Source: a virus (taxonomy: Duplodnaviria; Caudoviricetes). From it: a stretch of DNA of 33,626 nt. Positions within the stretch are counted from its first letter, which is position 1, and each line of letters opens with the position of its first letter. The position numbers and the translations under genes are program-made. This document shows, piece by piece, positions 14,775-23,564 of the stretch. Where the stretch lies: positions 1 to 33,626 of the IMG/VR virus record IMGVR_UViG_3300025381_000060; one strand, given 5' to 3'. Below the pieces are notes generated by a model, which saw only the letters and a list, made by a program, of their open reading frames with translations, was not told where the DNA came from and did no database searches.

Positions 14775-16735
14775 TATGGGTTACCTGTTCCACGCTCGTC
14801 ACCAAGGTCAACACTCAATAGGATGTTACCCATTTCGTAATTACCTCCAGTGACGTTGCTCTCAAACTTGAGTCTCATCTCACGACGTTGCTCTCTGAGG
14901 TCAATTTTAGATGTTGTTGGGTCAAACGCATACGCTTGAGACACAACATCTGTGCCATCCGCATAACTCTTACCAGTGACATACATATTCATGGGTCCAG
15001 TCTGGTTAAAGTTAGGCTCAACACGCTCTAACCTTACCCACCTATTCGTTCCCAAAGTGGCTTTCTGACCAGCTCCACCATTGACCCAGCCAATACTGTT
15101 GGTCTCGATATAAGAATCTATGGCATCCACGTTGTTCAGCAGGATGGCATCTGTGCCAATCTCATGTTGCCAAATGGTATAGCTCTGAGCCGTTATTTGG
15201 GTGCTAGAGACGGTTTGGGAGATAGACACAGTGTAGGTACCAGTGCCTCCAGTTCCGCTCACAAAGGCAGTTACAACGGTTCCTGTGGCTATTCCTGTAC
15301 CCAAGAGTACTTCACCAGCAAAAATCTGCCCAGAAGCCATGGAACTAACTGTCAAAGTCGTACCAGATATAGAACCAGTGAACAAAGCACTGTTCAAAGA
15401 GGTATTTCCTGCCCAAACAGGGTATCTAAACACTTCAGAGAAGGTACCAGCAGAGCGATTGGCTCCCATGGCTTGGCCTGCATCGTACCAAGTCTTCTCT
15501 CTGACGTTATAAATGATTGCATCTGTGCACTCAGTAGCATTACCCCTTGGGTAGAACCACCAAATCTCACCCCAACGAGGAACTTTGCTTACCCAGACCT
15601 TTTGTCTCTGAGAATAGTTCAAGTTGTCAAAGAACCAGTTGAGGTTAGTTCTGTTCTCCATCTCTTGAACAACACCGTTGTACATCAAGAAACGGTCAGT
15701 TCCACACCAATAATAGATGCCATCGTACTCAATCACGCAGTTAGAGGACATGATAGAGGTTTGGCTAGAAATGATGTCATAACGCCAGTAAAGGTTGCTC
15801 GTTCCTACTGTTTGAGGAGCGTAGGAGACACGAGTGAGCTGGTCTAGAGACCAAAACAGGCCTGCTGGAGAGGTTGTACCACCCCTTAAAGGCATACCCT
15901 TGACTACTTTTGTAGCAGAGACGTTGTTGGCGTTAGAGTCAGCAGAGACCCAGTTGGTGAAGTCACCTGCCGCGCAGTTCTGTATCAACCCATTGTTGCC
16001 ATAAACAAAAAGATAAGGGTAGAGCATACAAGCTCCACCACTCACAGATATCTGGTTGTCAAAAGTGACTGTTATGGGAGACGTTCCAGTGATGGAGTTG
16101 CTGACCATCACAACTGTGTTTGTTGAAAATGTCACAGAAGATACGGTTGTATTGGCTGGAATACCTGTTCCTGTCACCAATTGGCCTGTGTTGATTTTGT
16201 AATTGAGGCCAGTGATGGTAATTTGAGTGCCAGAGGGAGTGCCTGTAGCTGTGAAAACGCCTACGCTGGAGAGAGAACCACCGGGAAACTGCCCCGTAAA
16301 CACAGGCGTATTTGTTGTTGAGCTTATGTCACCTAAATTTTGACCTGCATGAGCTATGAAGTTCAACAGCTTTGTACCATTTGCATCGTATCCAATGTCA
16401 AACTGCCACAAATTGTTGTTGCTAGACGTGAAATTGGAGGGCATCGTGATGGCTTGAGGGCCAAAACCTACGCCATTTACATCGTTAGTCTGCCAATAAT
16501 AAAGGCCAGTGTTGTAGCCTGAATAGATGTAGTTGAGTCCGTTGTAGGAGTTTTGTAGCATCCCACGCGAAATACCGGGGCTATTCAAAAACAAACCGTT
16601 ATATCCACCAATCTTACGAGGTCTACCACGTTGAAAACGCACCCACTGCCCATCCACATAGCATGGAGCATCGAATTGCGTTCCATCCCTCTGTATACCA
16701 GCAGGGATTTGTAGATTGACGACGTTAGCGGTCAA
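14774..16735 (-). CDS. tail nozzle / head-closure protein (P22 gp10 / tail tubular B-like)
   Basis: 653 aa beta-rich; [14 protein letters not shown] start, [18 protein letters not shown]; two Thr/Gly/Ser-rich inserted beta domains. Confidence 0.7.
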   Translation of the reverse strand: MTANVVNLQIPAGIQRDGTQFDAPCYVDGQWVRFQRGRPRKIGGYNGLFLNSPGISRGMLQNSYNGLNYIYSGYNTGLYYWQTNDVNGVGFGPQAITMPSNFTSSNNNLWQFDIGYDANGTKLLNFIAHAGQNLGDISSTTNTPVFTGQFPGGSLSSVGVFTATGTPSGTQITITGLNYKINTGQLVTGTGIPANTTVSSVTFSTNTVVMVSNSITGTSPITVTFDNQISVSGGACMLYPYLFVYGNNGLIQNCAAGDFTNWVSADSNANNVSATKVVKGMPLRGGTTSPAGLFWSLDQLTRVSYAPQTVGTSNLYWRYDIISSQTSIMSSNCVIEYDGIYYWCGTDRFLMYNGVVQEMENRTNLNWFFDNLNYSQRQKVWVSKVPRWGEIWWFYPRGNATECTDAIIYNVREKTWYDAGQAMGANRSAGTFSEVFRYPVWAGNTSLNSALFTGSISGTTLTVSSMASGQIFAGEVLLGTGIATGTVVTAFVSGTGGTGTYTVSISQTVSSTQITAQSYTIWQHEIGTDAILLNNVDAIDSYIETNSIGWVNGGAGQKATLGTNRWVRLERVEPNFNQTGPMNMYVTGKSYADGTDVVSQAYAFDPTTSKIDLREQRREMRLKFESNVTGGNYEMGNILLSVDLGDERGTGNP

Positions 16736-18006
16736 AATGTGCCTCCAGAGATGCCTAGCGGTACGGTGAGACCGGGGCTTGCACTTGAACTAGACCCAAC
16801 CAAAATACCTTGTGCACCACCTGCCGCAACACCCATGATGCCCGTTCCTGCCAAATACAATCCAGTCGTATTATCAGACGTAAACGCCACAGAAGGAGCT
16901 GACGCTGTACCTGAGTTAAATAGTGCAGTTCCTGCCAACGCCACTGAAGCAGACTGAGCGTTATAAACGTTTGTTCCATCAGAAACCAACATCACATAGT
17001 TACCTTGGGTCAAAGTGTAGCTGGTTCCACCTGAAGCACTTGTCTTAAAGCTTAAAGAGTAGCTTCCTGTGGTCTGGTTAGACATGGAGTAAAGCTGAAC
17101 AGTCTGAGGCAAGATAACTGTGATACTTTGGCTCAAAACACCACTGTAGCTCTGAATCACGCTAGACGCTTGGGTAGCTGTCAAAGTGTATGTAGAGCTA
17201 GAAATACCAGTCACACTGATGGCTAGCTGAGTGTAGGGAAAAAGGTTTGACCTGCCATAAGCGTAGGTGCTAAAGCCTGTATAGGTCGTAGAACCCACAA
17301 CGATTGTATTTGTTCCAGCAGAGACAATTACCAAGGATTCTGTCAACTGTAACTGTTGGGTAGAGTTACCGTTAATGGTATCTGAACCACTTGGAGTCAA
17401 GGTAAGGATGCCTGAGCCACTGTTTCTGATGATGGTGAACCAGCCATTACCTAAAGACGAGGCTGAAGGTAAAGTTAATGTACCTACACCACCTGTCCAC
17501 ACTACTACCTGAGCTAAATAGCCAGCATTCAGGGTGGTACCAGAGTTGAGAGTCTGGATAGGGTAGTTTTGGTTAATTGCTGTACCAGCAGAGACTAGAC
17601 CAGACCCAGCCAAAGTTGAGGCGTTGGCGTTACTTGCACTAGCTCCAAACTGTACAGAGTTCCAAGTGCCTGCTGTGGTTGAGTTGCTGGTTACGTAGAT
17701 GTACCAAGAGATACCTGACAAAACTGTCGCAAGTATGTTTCCTGCATTGTCTGTGACGTTAAAAACAATGCTTCCAGTGTTCCTAATTAAGACCGATTGA
17801 CCAGTAGAAACCTGAGAGGCTGGGGGCATCGCCAAAGCCAAATTAGAAGCTGTAGCAGTAACTTCAATGATGGTTGCTACAACATTTGTGTTATTTCCGT
17901 TGATAGGCCACTGAAGGGTGGTATTGGATGACAGCGTTAATGCCTCATACCCTGTTTGCGAGGGGGAGATCGTCTGTCCTGTAAACGGGTCGAGGTAAGT
18001 TGTCAT
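16732..18006 (-). CDS. tail structural/fibre-like protein
   Basis: S/T/G-rich with three repeats of the type LTLP.A......G....IRN.G; C-terminal [19 protein letters not shown] tail-fibre motif. Confidence 0.7.
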   Translation of the reverse strand: MTTYLDPFTGQTISPSQTGYEALTLSSNTTLQWPINGNNTNVVATIIEVTATASNLALAMPPASQVSTGQSVLIRNTGSIVFNVTDNAGNILATVLSGISWYIYVTSNSTTAGTWNSVQFGASASNANASTLAGSGLVSAGTAINQNYPIQTLNSGTTLNAGYLAQVVVWTGGVGTLTLPSASSLGNGWFTIIRNSGSGILTLTPSGSDTINGNSTQQLQLTESLVIVSAGTNTIVVGSTTYTGFSTYAYGRSNLFPYTQLAISVTGISSSTYTLTATQASSVIQSYSGVLSQSITVILPQTVQLYSMSNQTTGSYSLSFKTSASGGTSYTLTQGNYVMLVSDGTNVYNAQSASVALAGTALFNSGTASAPSVAFTSDNTTGLYLAGTGIMGVAAGGAQGILVGSSSSASPGLTVPLGISGGTF

Positions 18007-18650
18007 TATGAATCCAATGCAATTGCTTGTCTGTCTGCCATACGAGTTGTATCTTCAGCTTTCAGGGCTTGGAGAGCTAAATCGTATTTTTGTTGAAAAA
18101 TCGTTCTTTGATCGTTCTTTAAGAAAGGCATGGCCTGCAAAAGAGTACCAAATAACATGGCGTTAGGTGCATTTTGAGTCAACCAGTTAGTCTGATTTGT
18201 ACTCGACAAAGGCTGTAATCTTTCGTAAAACAGCACTTCAAAAGAATAGTTCTGATCAGGAGTTGGGGCAACTAACCAGTTGTCATAATTATAGTCGGCA
18301 TAATACACAGGTGTACCTGTGGCAGTATTGTCAGGAGCATAAGCCTTTAAATATTCGTATTTCCTCAAATACACGGGTTGCCTAGACGTACCATTGGTGA
18401 GGTTAAAAGAAACGGTCTTACGCCATCTGGCGGGCTTTGCAATGACATTGTTGCCTGCATTCATTGTGGCTGTGACAACTTGTAACTGGCCAAGGGTTTT
18501 TATCTCTTGTGCAATCTCAAATTCGCACATTGTAATAAATGTTGGAATTTGGTTGACTGTAGCTGTATCATTACGCTCTAGGTACTGGGTTACAGTAGTA
18601 ACTAGGCTGTCGTACGTCAAAACGAATGATGGTGTTGTAGTCGTGGTCAT
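18006..18650 (-). CDS. head-tail adaptor (tail tubular A / P22 gp4-like)
   Basis: TYDSLVTTVTQYLER...IPTFITMCE, GTPVYYA, APTPD..Y..EVLFY, TNWL...APNAMLFGTLLQAMPFLKND. Confidence 0.75.
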   Translation of the reverse strand: MTTTTTPSFVLTYDSLVTTVTQYLERNDTATVNQIPTFITMCEFEIAQEIKTLGQLQVVTATMNAGNNVIAKPARWRKTVSFNLTNGTSRQPVYLRKYEYLKAYAPDNTATGTPVYYADYNYDNWLVAPTPDQNYSFEVLFYERLQPLSSTNQTNWLTQNAPNAMLFGTLLQAMPFLKNDQRTIFQQKYDLALQALKAEDTTRMADRQAIALDS

Positions 18651-18671
18651 GATTTACCCAGTCTTTTACAC

Positions 18672-18700
18672 ATTTTATCTTTGTATCACATTTCAGGCAA
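18672..18700 (-). promoter_or_regulatory. sigma70-type promoter restarting transcription of adaptor/ejection genes
   Basis: TTGCCT(18700-18695)-N17-TAAAAT(18677-18672). Confidence 0.6.
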
Positions 18701-18792
18701 CAAAACAAAATAATTATTCAAAGCTCAAAATATGCTTGTTTTGTCATAAACGGGGGTCAAAATGAAGTTTTCAACCCCCAAAGGAGCTTTCC

Positions 18793-19062
18793 ATGCAGTA
18801 CGAAGTAAAAATCGAAGATTTCAGCGTTGACCTCGAAGTTGAGATCAAATCGTCTAATTTTGACCTAATTTCTGACATCCAAATGGCTATTGCTCAGGCA
18901 ATTGAAGACCATAAGGACGAGGAAGACTACGGTTTATTTGAAGATGAGGAAGAAGACGAGGAGGACCAAGAAGTAGACGAAGATGAAAATGATTCCGAGC
19001 ATACGCTTGTCCTAGATGATAATGATGATACTCACACAACAATCACCATAACTCGCAATTAA
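18793..19062 (+). CDS. highly acidic protein on the opposite strand (moron-like)
   Basis: AAGGAG RBS; about 34 D/E versus 4 K/R in 89 aa; followed by a terminator. Confidence 0.8.
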   Translation: MQYEVKIEDFSVDLEVEIKSSNFDLISDIQMAIAQAIEDHKDEEDYGLFEDEEEDEEDQEVDEDENDSEHTLVLDDNDDTHTTITITRN

Positions 19063-19065
19063 AAT

Positions 19066-19087
19066 AAGGGGCTTCGGCCCCTTTTTT
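19066..19087 (+). terminator. rho-independent terminator, possibly bidirectional
   Basis: AAGGGGC-TTCG-GCCCCTTTTTT with an A-rich left flank, between convergent genes. Confidence 0.85.
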
Positions 19088-20036
19088 ATACCCTGATCAC
19101 TTGTCCTCTAAACTCAATGTGGTCCTTGTCATAAACCTTAACCACCTCAGGCCACAATAGATTGCCCTTGTGGAAAGTTAAAATTACAAACCCAGAACGC
19201 CAATTAGTAGGTGCGTGTTCTAAGTAATTCTCAAATTGGGGTCCAGAAGGTTCTGCAAGAGTTCCCGTATCTACACCGTATCGTGTTCCGTTATAGTCAT
19301 CATAAGGTGTGACTTTTAGGCTATGTAAGTGCCCCGTCACCATAGAAACACCAGCATTCAGCGTATTGGCGTGGGTAGCGTGGATTCCACCCTTCCAACG
19401 ATGCTTAACCACAACATTTTGATTTAACCATACTGACCAACAGGGATGCCATGCAGGAAAATGGTCTTTTAGGCTAAAGCCTTTGATGTGCTCATATTGA
19501 GGGGCATTTGCGGCCAAACGGTTCTCAAAGCGAGCATCGTGGTTACCAAGAGGCCACATTAACTTAACATTTTTGTTAACTTTTTTGGCTTCGTCTTCTA
19601 TCTCACCCAGAGCAATCTCACACGCCCTAACTTCATCAATAAGACTAGGGGTTTTGTCCCAGCCGATTCTGGGAAACCTGCTAATTGAAGCGCCATCAAA
19701 AGCGTCACCATTATTGATTACCGCCTTGACATTTTCTAAATTCTTGATAGCCCAAATCAAACCATCATAAGCAGTGGTACGAATACCGGGCCAAAAGTGT
19801 GCGTCAGAAAAAACAATGACTGTGCCATTGAGTATTCCTAAATCGAGTTGTGGGGGCTTTGGCTCAACCCTGTTCTTAACCTCTACGGTTTCTAATTGGA
19901 TCTCATATCGGCCCTCTAAAGCGTTTCTACGAGCATATATCGACCTTTCAGACATACCAAGTTCGGCGGCCATAACGCTCGGACTTTTGTACATCTGAAA
20001 CAACATGATAAATTCTTCGTCAGAGTAATACTTCAT
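19086..20036 (-). CDS. calcineurin-like metallophosphoesterase with N-terminal HTH
   Basis: Motifs SDAH, GDAFD, GNHD, KHRW, GHLH; N-terminal MAAELGMSERSIYARR. Confidence 0.85.
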   Translation of the reverse strand: MKYYSDEEFIMLFQMYKSPSVMAAELGMSERSIYARRNALEGRYEIQLETVEVKNRVEPKPPQLDLGILNGTVIVFSDAHFWPGIRTTAYDGLIWAIKNLENVKAVINNGDAFDGASISRFPRIGWDKTPSLIDEVRACEIALGEIEDEAKKVNKNVKLMWPLGNHDARFENRLAANAPQYEHIKGFSLKDHFPAWHPCWSVWLNQNVVVKHRWKGGIHATHANTLNAGVSMVTGHLHSLKVTPYDDYNGTRYGVDTGTLAEPSGPQFENYLEHAPTNWRSGFVILTFHKGNLLWPEVVKVYDKDHIEFRGQVIRV

Positions 20037-20452
20037 AATTTCTTCCTCCAATAGAGTGTGCCCTTAGCACCCCAAGGGATGGAAGGATCGTACAGTTTAA
20101 AACCACAAGAAATGAGAGAATTTGAAGAGGCTGGGTTGTCAAAGGTGTTAGTGATTAACCACGCCCAACCCATCTTTTTAGCGTATAGCTGACGGACTCG
20201 AATAAGTCTTTTCTGCGTTCCTCGTCCACGAGCGCTAGGGGTAACACCAGCACGACATAGATAGCCAGTATCAGTCCACCGAGCAGAGCGAACAATCCCT
20301 GCAAAACCAATAGGCTTCCCTTCCTGATAAGCCACCCACCAAGCTCCATCAGAAATGTCGTACGGTTTATCATAGGGAAGACAGTCCTTTTGAAGCTTGT
20401 TTAGTAGCTCAAAGTTTGCTTGAACAGTGGTGTCTATCTGCTTGATTTTCAT
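20033..20452 (-). CDS. GNAT-family N-acetyltransferase
   Basis: PIGFAG, acetyl-CoA-binding motif A (GVTPSARGRGTQKRL), NPASSNSLISCGF. Confidence 0.85.
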   Translation of the reverse strand: MKIKQIDTTVQANFELLNKLQKDCLPYDKPYDISDGAWWVAYQEGKPIGFAGIVRSARWTDTGYLCRAGVTPSARGRGTQKRLIRVRQLYAKKMGWAWLITNTFDNPASSNSLISCGFKLYDPSIPWGAKGTLYWRKKL

Positions 20453-20502
20453 GCACTACCCTGCTGAATTTGCTCGGATGTTAATGCATGGTTAAGGCAC
20501 AA

Positions 20503-21096
20503 TTATGACAATACTTGGAGTGCCTGTTGTATTAAGTGGATTCTTTCTTGCAAACCAAAGGTCCCACCATTGATGCGTTTTGTTAACCCTTCCCAGTTCT
20601 CTGCCTCTGCAAGTTCATTGCAACCGTGGGTCTTCCAAAACCAACCTGCTGAGAGAGCGGCATACATAGGGGTGGCTACCAGCTCTGGTTTAGCTACCAT
20701 ATTTTGGTTAATATTTTGACCAAAATGCCAGTAGTTATCGTGTCCAGTCAACTGAATACATCCACGGCCGTGAAATCGCCATCCATCTCCTGACGATTCG
20801 TCTCTGTTTCCCATTCGGTTAGCATAAATGCGATTGGCAATTTTCTCTGCTTTATGGGCGTAAACAGGTATCTCTTCTGGTTTGAACTTGTGACCAAACA
20901 AGGCTTGAAGGGTTTCTGGTCGATAGTTGAGATTTTCTTCCAGTGTTTTGAAGTGGTTGCACTCGTGTGAACACTGCCCAATAAATGAAGCCTGCTTACG
21001 TACATCATCAATTCCAAACGTAGAAAAGGTGGTAGTTAAAGGCTCAGACCATTCAGATCCAATCCCCAAAGCATGGAGTTTTTCAGGGCTTAACAT
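20503..21096 (-). CDS. endolysin, glycoside hydrolase family 19
   Basis: FIGQCSHEC, LEENLNY, IANRIYANRMGN, DGWRFHGRGCIQLTGHDNY, SAGWFW, TKRINGG. Confidence 0.9.
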   Translation of the reverse strand: MLSPEKLHALGIGSEWSEPLTTTFSTFGIDDVRKQASFIGQCSHECNHFKTLEENLNYRPETLQALFGHKFKPEEIPVYAHKAEKIANRIYANRMGNRDESSGDGWRFHGRGCIQLTGHDNYWHFGQNINQNMVAKPELVATPMYAALSAGWFWKTHGCNELAEAENWEGLTKRINGGTFGLQERIHLIQQALQVLS

Positions 21097-21550
21097 TGAC
21101 CATTTCCCTTACTTGGTTGTACTGGGCGATGCAGGCGTTGAGGTTGACGATGGCTGTGTCTCCGTCTGCGGCGATGGCGACAATATCTTTAATAGCCTGT
21201 CGGTCAGATTTGCCTGCATCGGTTGTATTTCCTCCGCTAGAGGAGGCATCTGAACTGGCTTGAACGGAACAACTGGAGGGGAGGCGCAACTCGCCAGCGT
21301 CAATCCTAGCATTAAGGCTAGTTTTGTTTGAAATAATTTCATTAGTTGCTTTCCGAAGTGAACTACTCAAATTTTTTACTTTGACACTTAGCTCTGCTTC
21401 TTTTGCACGAGCTTCTGTATTGAGTCGTTCAATTTCTGCTTGATCTTCTGCAACGCGCTCTTGATAGCCTGAATGATGTCCATATGAGTAAACTCCTAAA
21501 ATAGCGCAAATCGCGCCGATGATTAACCAAGGGTTGAACAAACTAAACAT
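21083..21550 (-). CDS. Rz: i-spanin
   Basis: N-terminal TM, periplasmic coiled coil, GELRL linker, C-terminal helix with LNACIAQY. Confidence 0.8.
   Translation of the reverse strand: MFSLFNPWLIIGAICAILGVYSYGHHSGYQERVAEDQAEIERLNTEARAKEAELSVKVKNLSSSLRKATNEIISNKTSLNARIDAGELRLPSSCSVQASSDASSSGGNTTDAGKSDRQAIKDIVAIAADGDTAIVNLNACIAQYNQVREMVNVKP
21109..21342 (-). CDS. Rz1: o-spanin lipoprotein embedded in the i-spanin gene
   Basis: Signal peptide MKLFQTKLALMLGLTLAS-C with lipobox; Pro-rich mature region; fully nested in another frame. Confidence 0.7.
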   Translation of the reverse strand: MKLFQTKLALMLGLTLASCASPPVVPFKPVQMPPLAEEIQPMQANLTDRLLKILSPSPQTETQPSSTSTPASPSTTK

Positions 21551-22009
21551 TTACAAACCCGCCCTAGCTCTTGCCATTCTTTCTCTCTCAGCATCTGATT
21601 CTAACGTCGGCGGACTAACTGGCGCAGGAGGTGGAGTCCAATTAGGATTAGCCATAATAATAGGAGCAGGTGGTGGGGGTGGCGGTGCGACATAAGCATC
21701 CTTATTCGACTTTGCGGCGTTCATCATATTGGTGGCTTCGTTGGTCAGCCCTTTGGTCAGAATACCACCGATACCGCCCACAATCAACAAAACAATGTCG
21801 TTGAGCATCTTAGTATAGGCTTGATCTATTGGAGCCATCTGTTTGATAGGCTGGCTCACAAACGTCACTGAATACAATAGCGCAAATGTAATAAACGCAA
21901 AGATCAACGTCACCATAATGATCACAAAAGCCCTTACACGGACTTCTATCTCATCGGCAGACAGGCGTTCCTTGGGGCTGTTGAGCAGGAGCAGTAGTAG
22001 TTCCTTCAA
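21551..22009 (-). CDS. holin-like two-TM membrane protein with Pro-rich tail
   Basis: Two hydrophobic helices (AFVIIMVTLIFAFITFALLY; IVLLIVGGIGGIL); in the lysis cassette. Confidence 0.55.
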   Translation of the reverse strand: MKELLLLLLNSPKERLSADEIEVRVRAFVIIMVTLIFAFITFALLYSVTFVSQPIKQMAPIDQAYTKMLNDIVLLIVGGIGGILTKGLTNEATNMMNAAKSNKDAYVAPPPPPPAPIIMANPNWTPPPAPVSPPTLESDAERERMARARAGL

Positions 22010-22184
22010 TTTTCTTCTCCAATATGGGGGCGACTAAGTAATCAGGACAATCCTGATTGAATTCACATCTTGGTTTCTGACAACGCTCTTTGCCAAAGTT
22101 ATCTGGATCCTGACAATAATACCTATAGGTATCGTTACAAGACGACAAAAGAAACACAGAGGTTAACAATAGAGCGTATTTCAT
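21951..22184 (-). CDS. Cys-rich lipoprotein
   Basis: MKYALLLTSVFLLSS-C lipobox plus four more Cys (YCQDP...CQKPRC...DCP). Confidence 0.75.
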   Translation of the reverse strand: MKYALLLTSVFLLSSCNDTYRYYCQDPDNFGKERCQKPRCEFNQDCPDYLVAPILEKKIEGTTTAPAQQPQGTPVCR

Positions 22185-22423
22185 TGGTTATCCACTTTTT
22201 TCACGGCTTTCTCAACCCTGATCTCCATCATCCTTATGTCAACATACATCCAAGCAATTAAAGGAAGCAATAACAACAAAACGCACATTAAAAGAACTGT
22301 TAATACGAGGAAAAGTGAGTCAGACTTATCATCATCGCCCACGTCCACGCTATCATCAGAAGGGTAACCGTTATGACCACGGCTCTGGTTTTGATTTGAT
22401 CCAGCTTTTGCCTTCGTTGCCAT
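22181..22423 (-). CDS. single-TM membrane protein (start uncertain)
   Basis: Long hydrophobic stretch then a short charged helix; ATGA-coupled to the lipoprotein; 5' part overlaps the upstream gene. Confidence 0.55.
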   Translation of the reverse strand: MATKAKAGSNQNQSRGHNGYPSDDSVDVGDDDKSDSLFLVLTVLLMCVLLLLLPLIAWMYVDIRMMEIRVEKAVKKVDNQ

Positions 22424-23016
22424 GCCGCCCTCCGTTGTTTCAGCAGTTCTTCCCTCCTTGCCAATCTTTGCTTGGTCGCAATATCGCCAATCGTGTTGTT
22501 AACCCTGCTGTACAAATCCTTCAGCTCGGCTGGCACATGGTAGACCATGTAATCAGATAGCTCCGTATTCAGCTTTTCCATTTGCAAATTGGCAATGACC
22601 AATTTTATCGCAATGTCCTGTCCCTCGTCATCTCCAGCGTGTAAGGCCAACTCTTCTTGCTCTTTGACATAATTCTTTAACCCATTGTAGGCTTGAAAAA
22701 ACTTAGTCAAAGATTCTGCAACTTGAGAGAAGATTAAGTTTTCGTCAAACTCTAGGGCTGATTTTCTCTTTGGCTTAACGGTTTTATTCTGTTGAGGCTG
22801 TACCTCATGCTTTTCCTCTTCACGTCCAAAGATCTGAGCAAAAAAGCCAAATAAGCCTTTCGTTGACTTTTTAACATTCTGTACATCTTTGGCCACGCCT
22901 TGAACTTCATGGACTGCTTCAGTAACAAGCTGTCGTCCTTCTTTGTACATCTCGCAGGAGTCTTTAATGAACTTGAGTGCCCCCGAAGCCAAAGCGACCA
23001 GCGTGAACGGATCAAT
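22300..23016 (-). CDS. coiled-coil protein with C-terminal TM anchor (possible ATT start)
   Basis: Frame extends upstream of the TTG at 22992 to (I)DPFTLVALASGAL; helical body; C-terminal hydrophobic segment. Confidence 0.7.
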   Translation of the reverse strand: MDPFTLVALASGALKFIKDSCEMYKEGRQLVTEAVHEVQGVAKDVQNVKKSTKGLFGFFAQIFGREEEKHEVQPQQNKTVKPKRKSALEFDENLIFSQVAESLTKFFQAYNGLKNYVKEQEELALHAGDDEGQDIAIKLVIANLQMEKLNTELSDYMVYHVPAELKDLYSRVNNTIGDIATKQRLARREELLKQRRAAWQRRQKLDQIKTRAVVITVTLLMIAWTWAMMISLTHFSSY

Positions 23017-23018
23017 TT

Positions 23019-23213
23019 CTACACCCCGAAGAACTTCTTGAAGAACTCAGCGGCGATTCCCGGCCCTAAGAGCACCATTAACATAACCCCATAGAGCAAG
23101 TACTCTATCTTGGTCATGCGCCGCTCTCCTTCTTTCAAAGATTGGGCTATTTGCCTATATCGCTCATCACACACAGCAACATGAACAGCTAAGTCTTTTT
23201 CTGTATCAGACAT
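23019..23213 (-). CDS. small coiled-coil plus TM protein (XhlA-like lysis-associated architecture)
   Basis: LAVHVAVCDERY...RMTKIE followed by a TM helix. Confidence 0.7.
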   Translation of the reverse strand: MSDTEKDLAVHVAVCDERYRQIAQSLKEGERRMTKIEYLLYGVMLMVLLGPGIAAEFFKKFFGV

Positions 23214-23214
23214 T

Positions 23215-23388
23215 TCAGTCAAAGCCTCTTAAAGTCTTAGCTAAAGTCTTACGCTTTGCCATCTTGGGTGAATCAGTAGATTTGACAGCTAACTTCTTAG
23301 TTGGGATCTTCTGTCCTTCAGGGACGTGGAGGGCTTTATGCAGGGAGCCGGGCTTTTTAATCGCTTTTTGAATCCACTTCTCACTCAT
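23215..23388 (-). CDS. small basic protein (57 aa)
   Basis: Not in the ORF track; MSEKWIQKAIKKPGSLHKALHVPEGQKIPTKKL...LAKTLRGFD; AAGGAG RBS and ATGA overlap. Confidence 0.75.
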   Translation of the reverse strand: MSEKWIQKAIKKPGSLHKALHVPEGQKIPTKKLAVKSTDSPKMAKRKTLAKTLRGFD

Positions 23389-23561
23389 GATTGCTCCTTA
23401 GGTTCTTCTGTAGCTTCAGCAGGCTGTTGAGCCTGAACTTGGGGGGTTGCTTGCAATTGAATGTTGCTAATGAGTCCTGCAGAAGTGCTAAAAGGAAGTT
23501 GTCCTAAAGCAGTCAACAAAGCATTGACTTCATCTAATGTGTATTTGAGTGTGATTTCCAT
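23385..23561 (-). CDS. small protein following the tail fibre (58 aa)
   Basis: Not in the ORF track; MEITLKYTLDEVNALLTALGQLPFSTSAGLISNIQLQATPQV...; fills the gap exactly. Confidence 0.75.
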   Translation of the reverse strand: MEITLKYTLDEVNALLTALGQLPFSTSAGLISNIQLQATPQVQAQQPAEATEEPKEQS

Positions 23562-23564
23562 TTG

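Noticed and set aside
19559-19586. Operator half-sites TTAACTT inside the phosphoesterase gene (also at ~5730)
   Set aside because: Half-sites only, within AT-rich coding sequence, and not tied to a recognisable promoter.
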